A stretch of DNA of 63,980 nucleotides, filler included, from Phoronis australis (Eukaryota; Animalia; Phoronida): NCBI GenBank assembly GCA_002633005.1. It is 5 parts of 5 records of this genome, joined end to end, with 100 filler letters (N's around TTAATTAATTAA, not from the genome) between each part and the next. Parts side by side here need not be neighbours in the genome. Positions count along the whole stretch, not along the records: positions 27,585 to 47,869 come from NMRA01001327.1; positions 47,970 to 60,055 come from NMRA01001657.1; 3 more parts are not named here. One strand, 5' to 3'. Position numbers and translations under genes: made by a program. The notes beneath the pieces are model-generated. The model did not search any database and was not told where the DNA came from. It saw only the letters and a list, made by a program, of their open reading frames with translations. Below, in pieces: positions 37,901 to 50,899 of this stretch. How positions within the stretch are numbered: the first letter of the stretch is position 1; every line of letters starts with the position of its first letter.

Positions 37901-38430
37901 AAAAGCTCCCTTGAACCCAGGAAGGTTACTGGAAATTTTTTGCTACAGACGCAGAACTAGGTCAGCATTTGGATGTGGGTAACCACACTGAACATTTACA
38001 GAGGGAAACCACGTGTGACCACATCGCACGACAGTGGTCAGAAATACTTTCAGATGCAAGAACCGGAGCGTCATTTGAGGCAGCCTCAGAGTTCTGTTTG
38101 GATGAGACGAATGCTGAAGCAATAGGTTAGGCATTGAAAAAAGGTAAAAGGTCAACAAGATTTTCAGCAAAGGTTAAGAACTTTCTGACGAACATATTCG
38201 ATGAAGGAGATAAGTCAGGTAAAAACGTTCACCCTAGGACGTGCCAAAATGGAGAAAACATTACGAGAACCCACTGGGAAAGTGTTTATCTGTGATATTA
38301 AGTGAATCGTAGATTGGCGGATTTTTTCGAGGTTGTCTGCAGCAATGTTTATGACGATGCTATTTCTGCTGAAGATGCTGTTATGTCGTCAGATTTACTG
38401 AATGAAGTGGTAAATGAGCTCAACGTTTAG
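34958..38430 (+). pseudogene. Sola3-like DNA transposon with a decayed transposase, interrupted by an insertion at ~36064-37880
   Basis: TTAA|GAG candidate left end (34954-34960). Motifs in order: SNAGCYHS, RYDFSESQNGKDLCDRKIA (35753-35930), LGQHLDVGNH (C2H2 remnant, ~37960), G*ALKK..RFSAKVKNFL..F.EG.KSG (38125-38225) and IGGFFSRL (~38315). Confidence 0.7.
36064..37882. mobile_element. Truncated copy of the TA/CGGTAAAG element inserted into Sola3, itself carrying a MITE at ~37518-37662
   Basis: Left TIR at 36066. Homologous to 27605-28428, where the MITE is absent (gacaccgggaccctgtgg). Confidence 0.6.
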
Positions 38431-39855
38431 CCTAGTTTTGTAGCATACCAGTCAAAGATGTGTGATATATGAAGTCGAGACCTTTACTTCCGTTTACTTC
38501 ATGTCTGTCATGAACGAGTCTCTCGTGAATTATTTCCTATTGACTGTGGATGTGTACCTTTTTGTACCACTGACGATCACACTGGCAGAAATATTCAGCG
38601 TTAGGGTGCCAGGTGTGTGGGGGGAACACAAGATTTCTGGCGACTGGTGGCGACTAAAATTTGTAGCAACCAGCAGGGACATTACAATATGAACCCAAAG
38701 TTACAATGACTATTGACAAGTTGAAGGATTTTTTGCACTGAACACTAGGGGGCCATATTCACCTTGGGTGCCTTCCTTTGCCTGTGGCATGAACAAGGCA
38801 GACAGAAAACAAGGCAGGGGTGAGTTCAGTAACACTTATTGTCTAGAACCTCTCTAAAATTTATCCAAAACCACGTGTTCTCATTTAAAATGCAGGGCAA
38901 TGTCTCGCGAAGTCTTGAATTATAGCAAGGTCCTCATGTTACTGCTCTTATTCTAGATGTGTCTTCAGTCTCCACATAAACAAAAGCAGCACCATCTGTC
39001 ATTTAGAACCACACATGCCAGTTGATTTACGTCACATATTTTTTGAGAATGGTAATTAATAATGCTGTCTGCCTTTTCTCCAAAATAGAAGGTTTTTATG
39101 TCGTGTTTCGCAAGCTAATTAAATGTTCCAAGAGCCCCCTATTGGCAGCAGAGGCAACTGAGAACATGCAAAAGGACGAAGTGCAGTTCCTGTAATGTTT
39201 CGTACGCAAAAACTACATTAGAGGCAAGATTTTTTATTTTAGATTATGAACAGGTTAGGAATGACTGAACAAATTATTATAAAGTCAATTTCAGGAAAGG
39301 TGCGTTATGGCTGCTACAGAGTTCCAAATTTGGCCGAAAGTGGCTTCGGTGATTTTGGGTATAGACTCTACCTGTTGGTTTTTACATGGAGTCACTCTTA
39401 AATTGGACACTAGGGAGCTTAGAAGTATTGGGATTCAATTAAATGTTGCAGGAATGAGCTTTGGCTTTAATGTTCACAAAAATAAAATTGTGAACTTCAA
39501 CAGAGATCTTTCCAGGTATTTACGGCTAAAGATCGACTTTGTGCTTAGCTTGGTTTCCTCTACTTTTAAACAAAATATTACATTTTGCGATTAATGAACT
39601 GAACTTATTGTTCAATGATTGTCTTAAAGAAGGATTGAACTAAAAACAGTTTTTATCCCACCCATGTCAAACTTGTGAGGCATAACAAATCTTTAGGCCG
39701 TAAAATCTAAAGAGAAACAACCACAGACAAAAAACATATCTCCTACTAGGGAGCACCACAGTAAACAAGGACATAAGAAAATCACCATACTCTAATGAGC
39801 TGAAAATTGAAATTTCAAACATTTCACAAGAAAGCAGAAAACCGTCAACCTTTCT

Positions 39856-42800
39856 CGACTCCTAAATCTAATGAACATTTTAGTTTAATGTTCAAGAATG
39901 GCAAAACTATTATAACACAAAAATTTAATTCAAATTACTTACCTGTAGTAGAGAAACTGATACAAGTAGTCTCTCATCACTTCATAATGAATTAGGAACT
40001 TGCCCACGTGTACGATGCAACCTTCACAACCATCATAATGACTGATGTGGTCGCAGTTATGGCATTTTCCGACAAAGCCTGAAGTATGCAAAAAACAAAT
40101 CACAAATAATTATTAAAATGACCTGATGGTAATGATCAACCTGCAAAATTTACTTCAAAATTGTAACAACCAACGACACAAAGTGCTAGGTTATCACACA
40201 TGTTATTTGTAACTTATACAGGACAGTATAAAACTTCCACTATGCATTTATCAGGGTTTCAATGATGGGACATGCCAGTAAGTATTAAAAAGATAAGTAG
40301 GTCACAACAAACTTAATGTCACGCTTCATCAGGAAACTATTGTCTGATCAAGAGTATTCAAATTCATCATAAGCTAATTTTCTAATTAAGTCCGGGACTT
40401 TCATGGTTGGTCAACTATTAAGTCCATTTCGTAAATCAATATTGCAGACAACTGAAGAGAAAAAAAATCCCATGAAAAGAACTTTGAAAGATATAGAATT
40501 CTTGAGGAGCACTTACACTGAGCTTGAAATTGGGAATACCGCGTAAGAAGCACAGATTTGATAGCCATGGCCTGGTACTCATGTAACGTAGACTTGCAGT
40601 TTTTACACAAAAGTGGCTTGACCTGAAGTACGTCACTAATTGTTTTTGTAAATAAAGTTCCAGGATGAATGCTGAACTTGGAATTTTGAGGTTCTTTGAA
40701 ATGAATCTTTTTCAATGACAATGCCTGGACATTATACGTGTTCGCGTTACTTTGTACAACTTCAGCTTTCACTGCCTTTGAACAAAAGCACTGACCATCA
40801 CACGTGAGACACGTGACACGATTTCCTTGCATTCTGATCACAGAGCATTTGTCCCCAGATACAACTGCAAATGAGTCTGTTATCAACCAGTCTAACGGAA
40901 TGACGAACATCTGAAAGTATACACAAAGAACAAATCCAATGAATCTTAATCAAACATGGACCCTACGTACTTGAAACGCAACTACTTCTTTCACCAAGTA
41001 ATGTGAACAAAATGACTTTAGAGTACTTGGCTATTCTTTTAATGTGAGGTACAATTCAAATACCCCTTAATTTATGGTTTTGAAAAGAAACCAGTTGTTA
41101 AAGCTTATAAGGAATTGTCAAAATTTGGTAATGATAGTTAAAATAGTTAAATATGACAAATCAAGCACGTATTAATCCAAATATATACAACTTCTTCACA
41201 CAACATTTATGAACGAGAGCAGCATCTGCTGACAACACTGATGACACTTAAGTGAAAAGTTTACATCCCGTTGTCACGTGCGAAGCTTCACTAGAGTAAA
41301 GTAAACTTGCANNNNNNNNNNNNNNNNNNNNNNNNNNNNNNNNNNNNNNNNNNNNNNNNNNNNNNNNNNNNNNNNNNNNNNNNNNNNNNNNNNNNNNNNN
41401 NNNNNNNNNNNNNNNNNNCGACTCCTAAATCTAATGAACATTTTAGTTTAATGTTCAAGAATGGCAAAACTATTATAACACAAAAATTTAATTCAAATTA
41501 CTTACCTGTAGTAGAGAAACTGATACAAGTAGTCTCTCATCACTTCATAATGAATTAGGAACTTGCCCACGTGTACGATGCAACCTTCACAACCATCATA
41601 ATGACTGATGTGGTCGCAGTTATGGCATTTTCCGACAAAGCCTGAAGTATGCAAAAAACAAATCACAAATAATTATTAAAATGACCTGATGGTAATGATC
41701 AACCTGCAAAATTTACTTCAAAATTGTAACAACCAACGACACAAAGTGCTAGGTTATCACACATGTTATTTGTAACTTATACAGGACAGTATAAAACTTC
41801 CACTATGCATTTATCAGGGTTTCAATGATGGGACATGCCAGTAAGTATTAAAAAGATAAGTAGGTCACAACAAACTTAATGTCACGCTTCATCAGGAAAC
41901 TATTGTCTGATCAAGAGTATTCAAATTCATCATAAGCTAATTTTCTAATTAAGTCCGGGACTTTCATGGTTGGTCAACTATTAAGTCCATTTCGTAAATC
42001 AATATTGCAGACAACTGAAGAGAAAAAAAATCCCATGAAAAGAACTTTGAAAGATATAGAATTCTTGAGGAGCACTTACACTGAGCTTGAAATTGGGAAT
42101 ACCGCGTAAGAAGCACAGATTTGATAGCCATGGCCTGGTACTCATGTAACGTAGACTTGCAGTTTTTACACAAAAGTGGCTTGACCTGAAGTACGTCACT
42201 AATTGTTTTTGTAAATAAAGTTCCAGGATGAATGCTGAACTTGGAATTTTGAGGTTCTTTGAAATGAATCTTTTTCAATGACAATGCCTGGACATTATAC
42301 GTGTTCGCGTTACTTTGTACAACTTCAGCTTTCACTGCCTTTGAACAAAAGCACTGACCATCACACGTGAGACACGTGACACGATTTCCTTGCATTCTGA
42401 TCACAGAGCATTTGTCCCCAGATACAACTGCAAATGAGTCTGTTATCAACCAGTCTAACGGAATGACGAACATCTGAAAGTATACACAAAGAACAAATCC
42501 AATGAATCTTAATCAAACATGGACCCTACGTACTTGAAACGCAACTACTTCTTTCACCAAGTAATGTGAACAAAATGACTTTAGAGTACTTGGCTATTCT
42601 TTTAATGTGAGGTACAATTCAAATACCCCTTAATTTATGGTTTTGAAAAGAAACCAGTTGTTAAAGCTTATAAGGAATTGTCAAAATTTGGTAATGATAG
42701 TTAAAATAGTTAAATATGACAAATCAAGCACGTATTAATCCAAATATATACAACTTCTTCACACAACATTTATGAACGAGAGCAGCATCTGCTGACAACA

Positions 42801-42874
42801 CTGATGACACTTAAGTGAAAAGTTTACATCCCGTTGTCACGTGCGAAGCTTCACTAGAGTAAAGTAAACTTGCA
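39856..42874. other. Apparently identical 1456-bp duplication across an N gap (41312-41418), probable assembly overlap
   Basis: 39856-41311 equals 41419-42874 (offset 1563), including two identical 169-aa ORFs. Confidence 0.9.
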
Positions 42875-45143
42875 GTTTAACTTTTATCCAAGATGAAATT
42901 TAAGTGTTCCAAATGACCACCACAACAATCAACACAAAAGTTAACAGTCAGAGGGAAAGACACTAGCGATTAGCGACTAATAGCATGGCACAGAGCTGTA
43001 ACAGAGTGCATTCAAGACATCATACAAAACTTGTATAAATTGGGTAACAGGCAATACTAAACAATTACATCAAAAACAGGTCCATTTAAAAAACTATAAA
43101 AATATACAAACTAATTCACATCTCAAAAAATTATCATAATTATGTAAGTTCTACACTTGGACTATCTATCCATATTCCTAACATGTGGTCATTCGATAAC
43201 AACAAAGTATAAATGTGTGCACATCACTATGTAAATTACCTCAGGAGGCTCAGCAAAATATGCATGGTCATCTGCAATCAAATGTGAAATTTCATAAACA
43301 TGATGGAGATACTGAGTGAATACAAACATTGTCATGATAGTCCAAAATCGGATAAGTAGCAGATTAGGTAAAAAGTGTTGGCTTAAAAGAAGACTGTGTC
43401 AAAAGTGTGTAACAATAGCTTAGGGCCATTCCAGTAAAAAATGTATGGGAGGGGGAGAAGTCACTTTCATTTCTTACCCATCGCCCATATTTTTCCTTTT
43501 AGTTCTCCGAACATTGACCCATGATTTTTAAATAGGCTGAAATATGAAATATGGGGTTTTTGAGATAATCAACCCGTCTTGTCAAAAACAAAAATGCCCA
43601 ACAGGGGGTGCCATGGTATTCAAATGGGTCTGAAAATTGATTGCTGCAGGTGCATACCAGCCGTCTATCTCTACGTTATGCGGTTTCAAGATAATTCACA
43701 GACAAGCAATGACTTGAGCTATTGAAAACTAACAGGGGGTGCCACAGTAGTTGAATCAGTTCGAAAATTGACTGGTGCCAGCACGCTCTTGCCATATACC
43801 TCTTTTTCATGACTTGAGCAACAGCTAGTGTACATATTGAACTCTGTACACTACCATCATGGGCTTGTTTGGTTGTTTTTGGATATTTTTGGGTTTCTTC
43901 CAAGTGAATTTTTGGTGAGTTTTGATTTCTTTTGAGAGGGCATTAAGGTTTTATGTTCGGCTGAAAATACTCGCCTGTCAACATTTACAGAACAAAAAAC
44001 ATCACCCATTTTTAATACTTTACTTCTTTGAAGAAGGACAACCCTTAATTTAAATTTTCTTCAACAGACAACCACACACCAATTTTCATTTCAACTGCCG
44101 TTCCCCTCCTATGCGGATTTTGCTGGAACAGCCCTTAAATACTTTTAAGAATGTATAATTTCTTGTGGACAGCATTGACTAACATTGGAAGTACAGATAC
44201 TAAAAATAAGAATTACCTACCGATACAAGTTTTGTCACCAAAATAACTGCCATCACTACACATATGAAGCAAATTTTTTAAAGCCTCCACATGTAGACAA
44301 CCACTAAAAAGCTCCTCTCCATCTACAGGGAAATAACACAAAGGCACATAACAAAGTATGTATGCACAATGCAACAGCTGCAATACCAATAAGGAATGGC
44401 GGTCAAAATAAGCGATAAATTTATTGTAAAACCACATTTTAAGTCTGATGTCTTCTAGCTGCTAATTGACTTTTGATTACATTATTAAAACTACAATGAT
44501 GTTTAGAAGTTATATTGAAAATTATATCGAAAATATAATTACCACGAGTTGTACAGCTGCCGACTCTGTTGAAGAAATCTGCTTGGTGAGGGGAGCAGCT
44601 ACAAAGACCACGGCGTCGGACAAAGCAAAGGGACGTTTTCTGGAATTTCAACAAATGTGTGAGACAATGTGAATCTTGGCATGTATACATACCCTAAGGG
44701 GCTTATGGGAATGGTCCTATCAAGCAAGTGACTTTTCATTCAAACAGAGCTCAATCGTTTTGCAATGTGGTTAAAAGATAGAGAAATATTTCACTTAGTC
44801 AAGGGTATTGCTAATTTAAAATTATATTTTATTGATAATCCTTTAAAGAGCCTCCATGGGCGCTTTATGTGGGTGGTGATTTATGAGAATGTACACGCCA
44901 ATAGAACTTTAAAGTACCTTTAACAAACTTTGTGAATAATCCCAATCGGCAACCGCAAACACTCCATCGCAAGATGATAGACATATTATACCTTCTAGTA
45001 CACACAAGGCATGTGCGGACTCCTCTACATTAGTGTCCAGATGTCTTGATGCCTCACCTTCAACAGCCGATGAGGTATTTTCATAAACAGAGCATGCAGG
45101 TTCAGAGGATGCATCCCTTGGGTGCTTTAAATAAACAGTACAT
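39943..45143 (-). CDS. Spliced Cys-rich gene of the HMGXB3-like / KDZ (Kyakuja-Dileera-Zisupton) CxC4 type, partial. Exons 45143-44918, 44639-44543 (or 44693-), 44322-44221, 43271-43240, 42473-42080 (=40910-40517), 41641-41506 (=40078-39943)
   Basis: All junctions are AG/GT with compatible phases. Protein ..GVFAVADWDYSQSLLK|KTSLCFVRRRGLCSC..|GCLHVEAL..|DHAY..|..VTCLTC..CFC..LSLKKIHF..LCKNC..LLT..|CFVGKCHNCDHISHYDGCEGC..GKFLIHYEVMRDYLYQFL. The C..C....YDG......G.FL..Y...R.Y pattern is recalled as CxC4-like. Confidence 0.65.
43423..44134. mobile_element. PIF/Harbinger-type MITE in an intron of the CxC4-like gene
   Basis: TTA|GGGCCATTCCAG...CTGGAACAGCCC|TTA, with a 3-bp TTA TSD. Confidence 0.8.
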
Positions 45144-45849
45144 CTTAAATAGAATAAACACAAACATGTTTTTAATGTTATATAAGGCCCAAGATTTGAA
45201 CAACTTCAGAACATCAGGGTACAAAAACACTGTTAGGAAGTTCTTTAAAATGTTTCACTTCTGCATGAGAGACTATTGATTTTTTAAGAAATAACTAACA
45301 CGAAAAAGAAATGATAACTTAAAAAACTTTGGCTACTTTGAACATCCACACCAAAGGGAATTTGGTCAAATTATAGGCTGTTTTGCTAAATAATGAACGC
45401 ACCTTTCCGTTTTGCTATATTTTCATAAAAAGACATTGGTCACATGACCCAAGTAATGAAATTGATCTAAGCCAGTCAGATGGTGTTTGCCAACGTCCAA
45501 TGCTTAAAATGTTATTAACATAGTAACAATGTTAAATTCTTGCCTCAAAACAGTCAAACTCTTCAAATTTTGAAATCACTCTGAATAGTCCAATTACTTA
45601 GTTAATTTATAACAAATAAGGACTATAAAAATTCTCCAGATTGTTAACAACAGGAAAATTCTCAATGTACATCATTTTAAGAACTGATGCTGAAAGTGAA
45701 GAGCTCATGTGTACAACAACATGATGTGTCAGCGCATATATGGGTATGACTGTATAATTTTTGCATACAATGTACTAAATACAGCCACAGGATACAAGAG
45801 GCTTTACTTAATTGCGAACCAAGTGCCCCCGTGACCAATGTTGAGGACA

Positions 45850-47808
45850 GTAGTGCGTACTTAAGGTGACCAGAAAAATATCCATGCAGTCAGAATTTAT
45901 GGCTAAGAAAGAGAGAAAAGACCGGAGACGGTAATGTCCTTTGCTACTCGGAGAGGTAAGAGCACATGCGCAAGGAAAGGGCCGAGTCTCTCGCGTGTTC
46001 CTAAATGCCAGTAGCTACACAAAACAGAAATTCCTTTCAGGATATACCGGCTTGACATAAATGACTTGAATGCGCTGTCATTTCTTCTCGGCTTTTGTCA
46101 AATGTGAATGAAAGAGGATTATGAATTATAGCTATACCTGTATCTGACACACTCTTTTTGATCTTTGTGTAGCCCATTGTTTCTTTTTTTACTGCACATT
46201 TTGAAAAGTCAACGGGAAGCTCCCCATCCACGAAAAAGTCCTTGTAAATATCTGTCACGGAAGAAATCAAACAAATGTATCTGAAATTGAGAAGACAAAA
46301 TAAAATGAAACTTCATGATGTATTGAATGTTAGAATGAGAGCACCTTATGGTACGAGAATGTCGAAATGGAGGCACACCTTGCCATGATCACAGGCCTGT
46401 GTAGTCATGCAACTGTGCGACATTGCAGTAGTTCTCAACAGCTTATTAGTGCTATGGCAATGTTTAAATGTAGAAACTTACAATATCACAATGCCTGAGA
46501 GCAGTATTGGAATGTACACCATTATGAACAGAAGCGCCTTTCAAGATTGAAGCAAATATGCAAGAGCACCTACTTGCAGCAGTGACCAATGGCATCAACA
46601 GTGCCTGGCAAGTTACTTATATCCTATTCACATATTGGAATCTACAAACTGGAGCACCTTCCAAATTTTGCTGTTCGTCGAGCAAAATAGAGCACCTCGT
46701 AATCGTAATTCCAGAAACAAAAGATAACCAAATTTTTATAGCAAAATTCAAGGCACTGTGATGGATCAATTTATGCATTCAATTTATGGCACAGGCAAAC
46801 ACAGTTAAAACGTATAATATAATTCTGCATCACCAAATTTAAAAAAAAACCCTCTTTTCTAAGAAAAAGACAAGATTTGAATGATTTTCTAATGATTATT
46901 TCAACTGATATTAATATTTTCCTTTGTCACAATATTTGAGTCCATCACAAGAAGATGCTGAAGAAGGAACTTGACTCTGAAATTTGACACAAATGCAAAT
47001 TGTAATTCTACAAAGATTAAAAGCTGCAACACCTTACATTAGCTAAAATGAGTCGACTTTTTAACAACTTTAAGTAGCAAATGCTATACTTACACATTTT
47101 CTATTTGAACATGTTCCACTTTTAAAACAATTTTCTTCTCTTATGANGAAGAAGGTACTTGACTCTGAAATTTGACACAAATGCATATTGTAATTCTACA
47201 AAGATTAAAAGTTGCAACACCTTACATTAGTTATAAAAATAAGTCGACTTTTTAACAACCTTAAGTAGCGAAAGGCTATAGTTACACATTTTCTACTTGA
47301 ACATGTTCCACTTTTAAAACAATTTTCTTCTCTTATGAAAAATGCATTGTTTTTAGCAATGAAATTCAACATACCTTAGCAGAGGTGTACAACATTGACA
47401 TGTCCACTATAAATAGACAATGTGTCATTCTCAAAAATATTTTCAATCAAGTACTCACACTTACTATGATCTTTTACAAATTTTCGGTTTCTTTTCATAT
47501 AATAAAACTATTCACAAAGGTACGCGATTCACCCGCTGCTAAAATATCACGGTCAGTTCTTACTAAACTGCAGTTTATTCCAGTATGCAATAACAGTGTC
47601 AGTAAAGAAACCAACAGAGGCAAAGGTCAATTTAGGTACTGATGAGTTAAGAGACCTGCAGTCATGAGAGATCAATTTGAATATAAAATCTCCCAGTGGC
47701 TGAAGAACCCCTTCCCCTCTCAACAAAGTATATACATTTGTATAATCTGACACTGCCTGCAACTGAGAGAGGTACATGGTGCTCAAATGAAGCCAGTTAC
47801 GCATTGAT
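45850..47808 (-). pseudogene. Further exon-like segments upstream of the CxC4-like gene, apparently degenerate
   Basis: TTTCAG acceptors at ~47809 and ~46281 open frames (SMRNWLHL..GDFIFKL; YICLISSVTDIYKDFF..) that hit stops or frameshifts. Confidence 0.35.
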
Positions 47809-47869
47809 CTGAAATGTATGAAATACAACAAAACAAAAAACATGGCTAAACAGAAAAATGAGTAAAAGA

Positions 47870-47969
47870 NNNNNNNNNNNNNNNNNNNNNNNNNNNNNNN
47901 NNNNNNNNNNNNNTTAATTAATTAANNNNNNNNNNNNNNNNNNNNNNNNNNNNNNNNNNNNNNNNNNNN
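47870..47969. other. Artificial contig linker
   Basis: N44-TTAATTAATTAA-N44. Confidence 0.97.
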
Positions 47970-48215
47970 CGCATGTAAGTCTTTTGAATGGACTTGGCAA
48001 CCTCAAGGGTCTTAGTGTCAACTGAGCTGCGAAACGAGATGCTGACCGTTGTAGAGGCTAACAAACTCATTGACACAGCAGTTGACGAAGTGCAAGTGTT
48101 GGGAACAAACATCGAAGATATCTGGGTAGAATGGTTCCAAGACGAGCAAATCATTGGATCCGATATACAAATTCCTCGGCAGTCTAGACAACAGAAGGAT
48201 AGGACTAACGTATGA
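47970..48215 (+). pseudogene. hAT-like transposase C-terminal fragment
   Basis: LTVVEANKLI...IWVEW....DIQIPRQSRQQKDRTN resembles the ZMYM1/THAP12-type hAT pattern PR...Q..R.N. Confidence 0.45.
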
Positions 48216-49349
48216 GTAACCACTTGGGATTAAAATTTTAGAGAGAAGTTTTCAATTCAAAATTTTTTGCGTAGTACACTTTAGGTCTCACGACGGACCA
48301 GGCCACCTTGATTTGTGAAGATGTTGAGTTTCAGTGTACTTCTGGACCCTCGGCGAACTAGTCTTGTGATTTTTTTACCAAAGTGTGCTTTGTAAAACTA
48401 TTTATCTCAGCCAGCACTGTTTGGTCCCGAGACAGATCGACTATTTTTATACGGATAATAAGCACAGGTCAGTGTACTCTTGGTTTTGTGACGCACCAGG
48501 TAAGCTTTTTGTGTACTCTCAGTGTACATCTGGTCCCTCTGCAAACTAGTCCAGTGTATCTTTTCACCACTGTGCACAGGATGTTTTGGTTTCATGAAAC
48601 TGTTTTCAGATGATTTGTTTCCTGATAGATTTGACGTTTTTCAATTGTTGTCAACGTGATTCAGCTTAATAAAGTGATACCTAATTATTTATTGTTGCTT
48701 TTAATAATAGACTATGAGGTGAGAGCACCATCGTTCGCCAGTTTTTCTCGTAACGATACATAACACATGTTTTTTCCGGACTAACAGTACAGGTCTTCGT
48801 TCTTAAACAACTTGAGGCTGCTGTTACGCGATCATCTGATATTCCAGTTTTTACGCCCCGTCGGTGCTCCTTAGTTATGCTCTTGAATATTTGGAAATTG
48901 TCTAAACCCCTGTACACACACCACACTTTTTCGAATACGACTTTTCGTATGCTAAAAAGGGTGTGTGTAAGCAGATGTTCCAACAAATTTTTTTGCTGGT
49001 GGCGTGACTCATACCCAGATGTGCACAATATGGTTTCACGAAACTTATGTGCCAAGTTCATGTGACGAAATTGAGAACGGTTTTTAATTATCTTAAGAAA
49101 AACTCCAGAGACATGTTAAGTGACAGAAATTTACCAGGATGCATGAAAATTTCACTATTTGGCTACAAAAACAAAAAAATATCTTACACGGGAGGGGAAA
49201 TCCCCCTCCCGACCTCCCCCCCTCGGCGCTACGCGTCTAGGATTCGACCTTGGCGGGAATCCTAAACCCTCCCCTTGCTAAAAACGTAGATCCGCCACTG
49301 GTTGTGTTAAGTTCCGTCGTCGTTTGCTTTCATTTACTAGTCAGTCAAC

Positions 49350-50170
49350 ATGTCACACTGTTGCTGCGTACCAGGATGTACTAATTATCGGCTCACGCGC
49401 GCTTTGGGAGTAATTTGCATCGCTTTCCGATGGATTACACACTTCGCCGTACTTGGCTCGTTCGGGTGAAGAAAGCAGCGTTACCCGTCCATGCAACGTA
49501 CAAAGCAGTGGAGAATTACCGTGTGTGTGGCAAGCACTTTCTGCCATCCGATTACGAAAGGAATTTGTACGCTGAACTGATGAAGGTCCCTGCGAAACAA
49601 CGTCTGAAGAAGGATGCCATTCCGTCTGTGTTGATTCCCAGCAGTGCCCCGTCGCCACCCCCGAGAAGTGCGTTTTTGAATCGAGAAGCCTCGCAGCCAG
49701 TGGAGGCACTTCATCTACTGTCACCCGTGCCTCCGAACGTACCCCAGAGCGTGCAATTCTTGGAACCAGTACCCGTGCCTCCGAACGTACCCCAGAGCGT
49801 GCAATTCCTGGAACCAGTAGTGATTCGCCCTGTGCTGTTTTCTCCAGCCCAGAGCCTCTAAGCAGCCATGCAGCGATATTGAGTAGTGCGAGTGATTACA
49901 GGTTCAGTTCGACACCCAGTGAAGAAGACAGTTCGTCGTCCAGTGAACAGATCGGTGAGCCAAACTTTGATAAGTTTATTGTGGACTTGTCTAAAGTGTT
50001 GGATTTATTTAGAAGGTGCCAGGTGTGTGGCGAGGGAGTCACACGACACGATTTAAGCAGTTTGGGTGCTCAGGTCACCATCCAGTGGGACTGTGTCGCG
50101 AGAAACTCTGGCAAGTGGGACAGTTGTTCTTCTGTCCGTGGTATGTCGGAGGTCCACTTAACCATGTCCA
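49350..50170 (+). pseudogene. Kolobok transposase 5' part: THAP domain plus Cys cluster, frameshifted and truncated
   Basis: MSHCCCVPGCTN / LHRFP.D..LRRTW..RVCGKHF.PSDY..RLKKDAIPSV (THAP with AVPT-like box), then KFIVDLSKVLDLFRRCQVCG..GAQVTIQWDC..SGKW.S. Includes a 48-bp coding tandem repeat (PVPPNVPQSVQFLEPV x2). Confidence 0.8.
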
Positions 50171-50179
50171 GTAGTGGCT

Positions 50180-50465
50180 TGGCCTCGTCGAACTCTGAAC
50201 AGCACAAGCATTCCATTGAGGTAGGCATAACAACGCACACAGTGTATTTGCACCAAGATGTGCCACCAGGTCTGTCCTCAGTACCCGCCTCGTTTCTCTC
50301 AACAGCTACCTGTACCTGTGCGTACTCTGCCTCGTTATACTCGAGCTCAAACATGTACCCACCCACTGAATGTCCGAGAAAAAATTCCTCGTCACCACTG
50401 CTGTGAACAAGGTCTCCGTCACTCACACTACTGTCACTGTGATATGGGTCACCGACTCCAGCCAT
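50180..50465 (-). pseudogene. KolX / P2X7-ballast-like accessory gene 5' part, convergent with the transposase
   Basis: MAG..GYMFE.EY....R.G.TSWCK.TVCVVMPT.MECLCCSE matches the WC.CG.C..MPT..EC.CC.E motif. Confidence 0.78.
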
Positions 50466-50659
50466 TTTTAGCTTACAACACATTAAACAATCCCTAAATC
50501 CAACGTAGTTGAGTTCTCTACTAACCTATCTTGCCGCAGAATACTCGCCGATGGAAAGTGGAGGCGACAATTGTTGAAAAACAGCACAAACAAAAGTAGA
50601 ATAGAACAGATTCGCACGGTAAAGTCAACGCAGAAGCAAGTGGCGGGAAACGCTTGCCT

Positions 50660-50899
50660 CCTAAAACGTCACTTCCGGAGTAGCGGACGAGTAATTTATA
50701 AAATTACGAAAAGCTGTAATTAAGTGGAAAATATGTCTAGGATAACCAACCAACCTTATACCTAAAACGTCACTTCCGTAGTAGCGTACGAGTAATCTAT
50801 AAAATTACGAAAAGCTGTAATTAAGTGGAAAATATGTCTAGGATAACCAGCCAACCTTATTTTAGCTCAAAATGACATGGAAAAAGGTTGCCTTCGCCT
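50660..50899. mobile_element. Kolobok right end with a 101-bp subterminal tandem repeat
   Basis: cctaaaacgtcacttccg.. at 50660 and 50761. Ends GGTTGCCTTCGCCT|TTAA (TTAA at 50900-50903; AG terminus on -). Left TIR not found. Confidence 0.65.

Noticed and set aside
40401-42473. Two identical 169-aa ORFs as tandem paralogues
   Set aside because: They lie in an apparently exact duplication flanking an N gap, and each ORF is an exon read into its intron.
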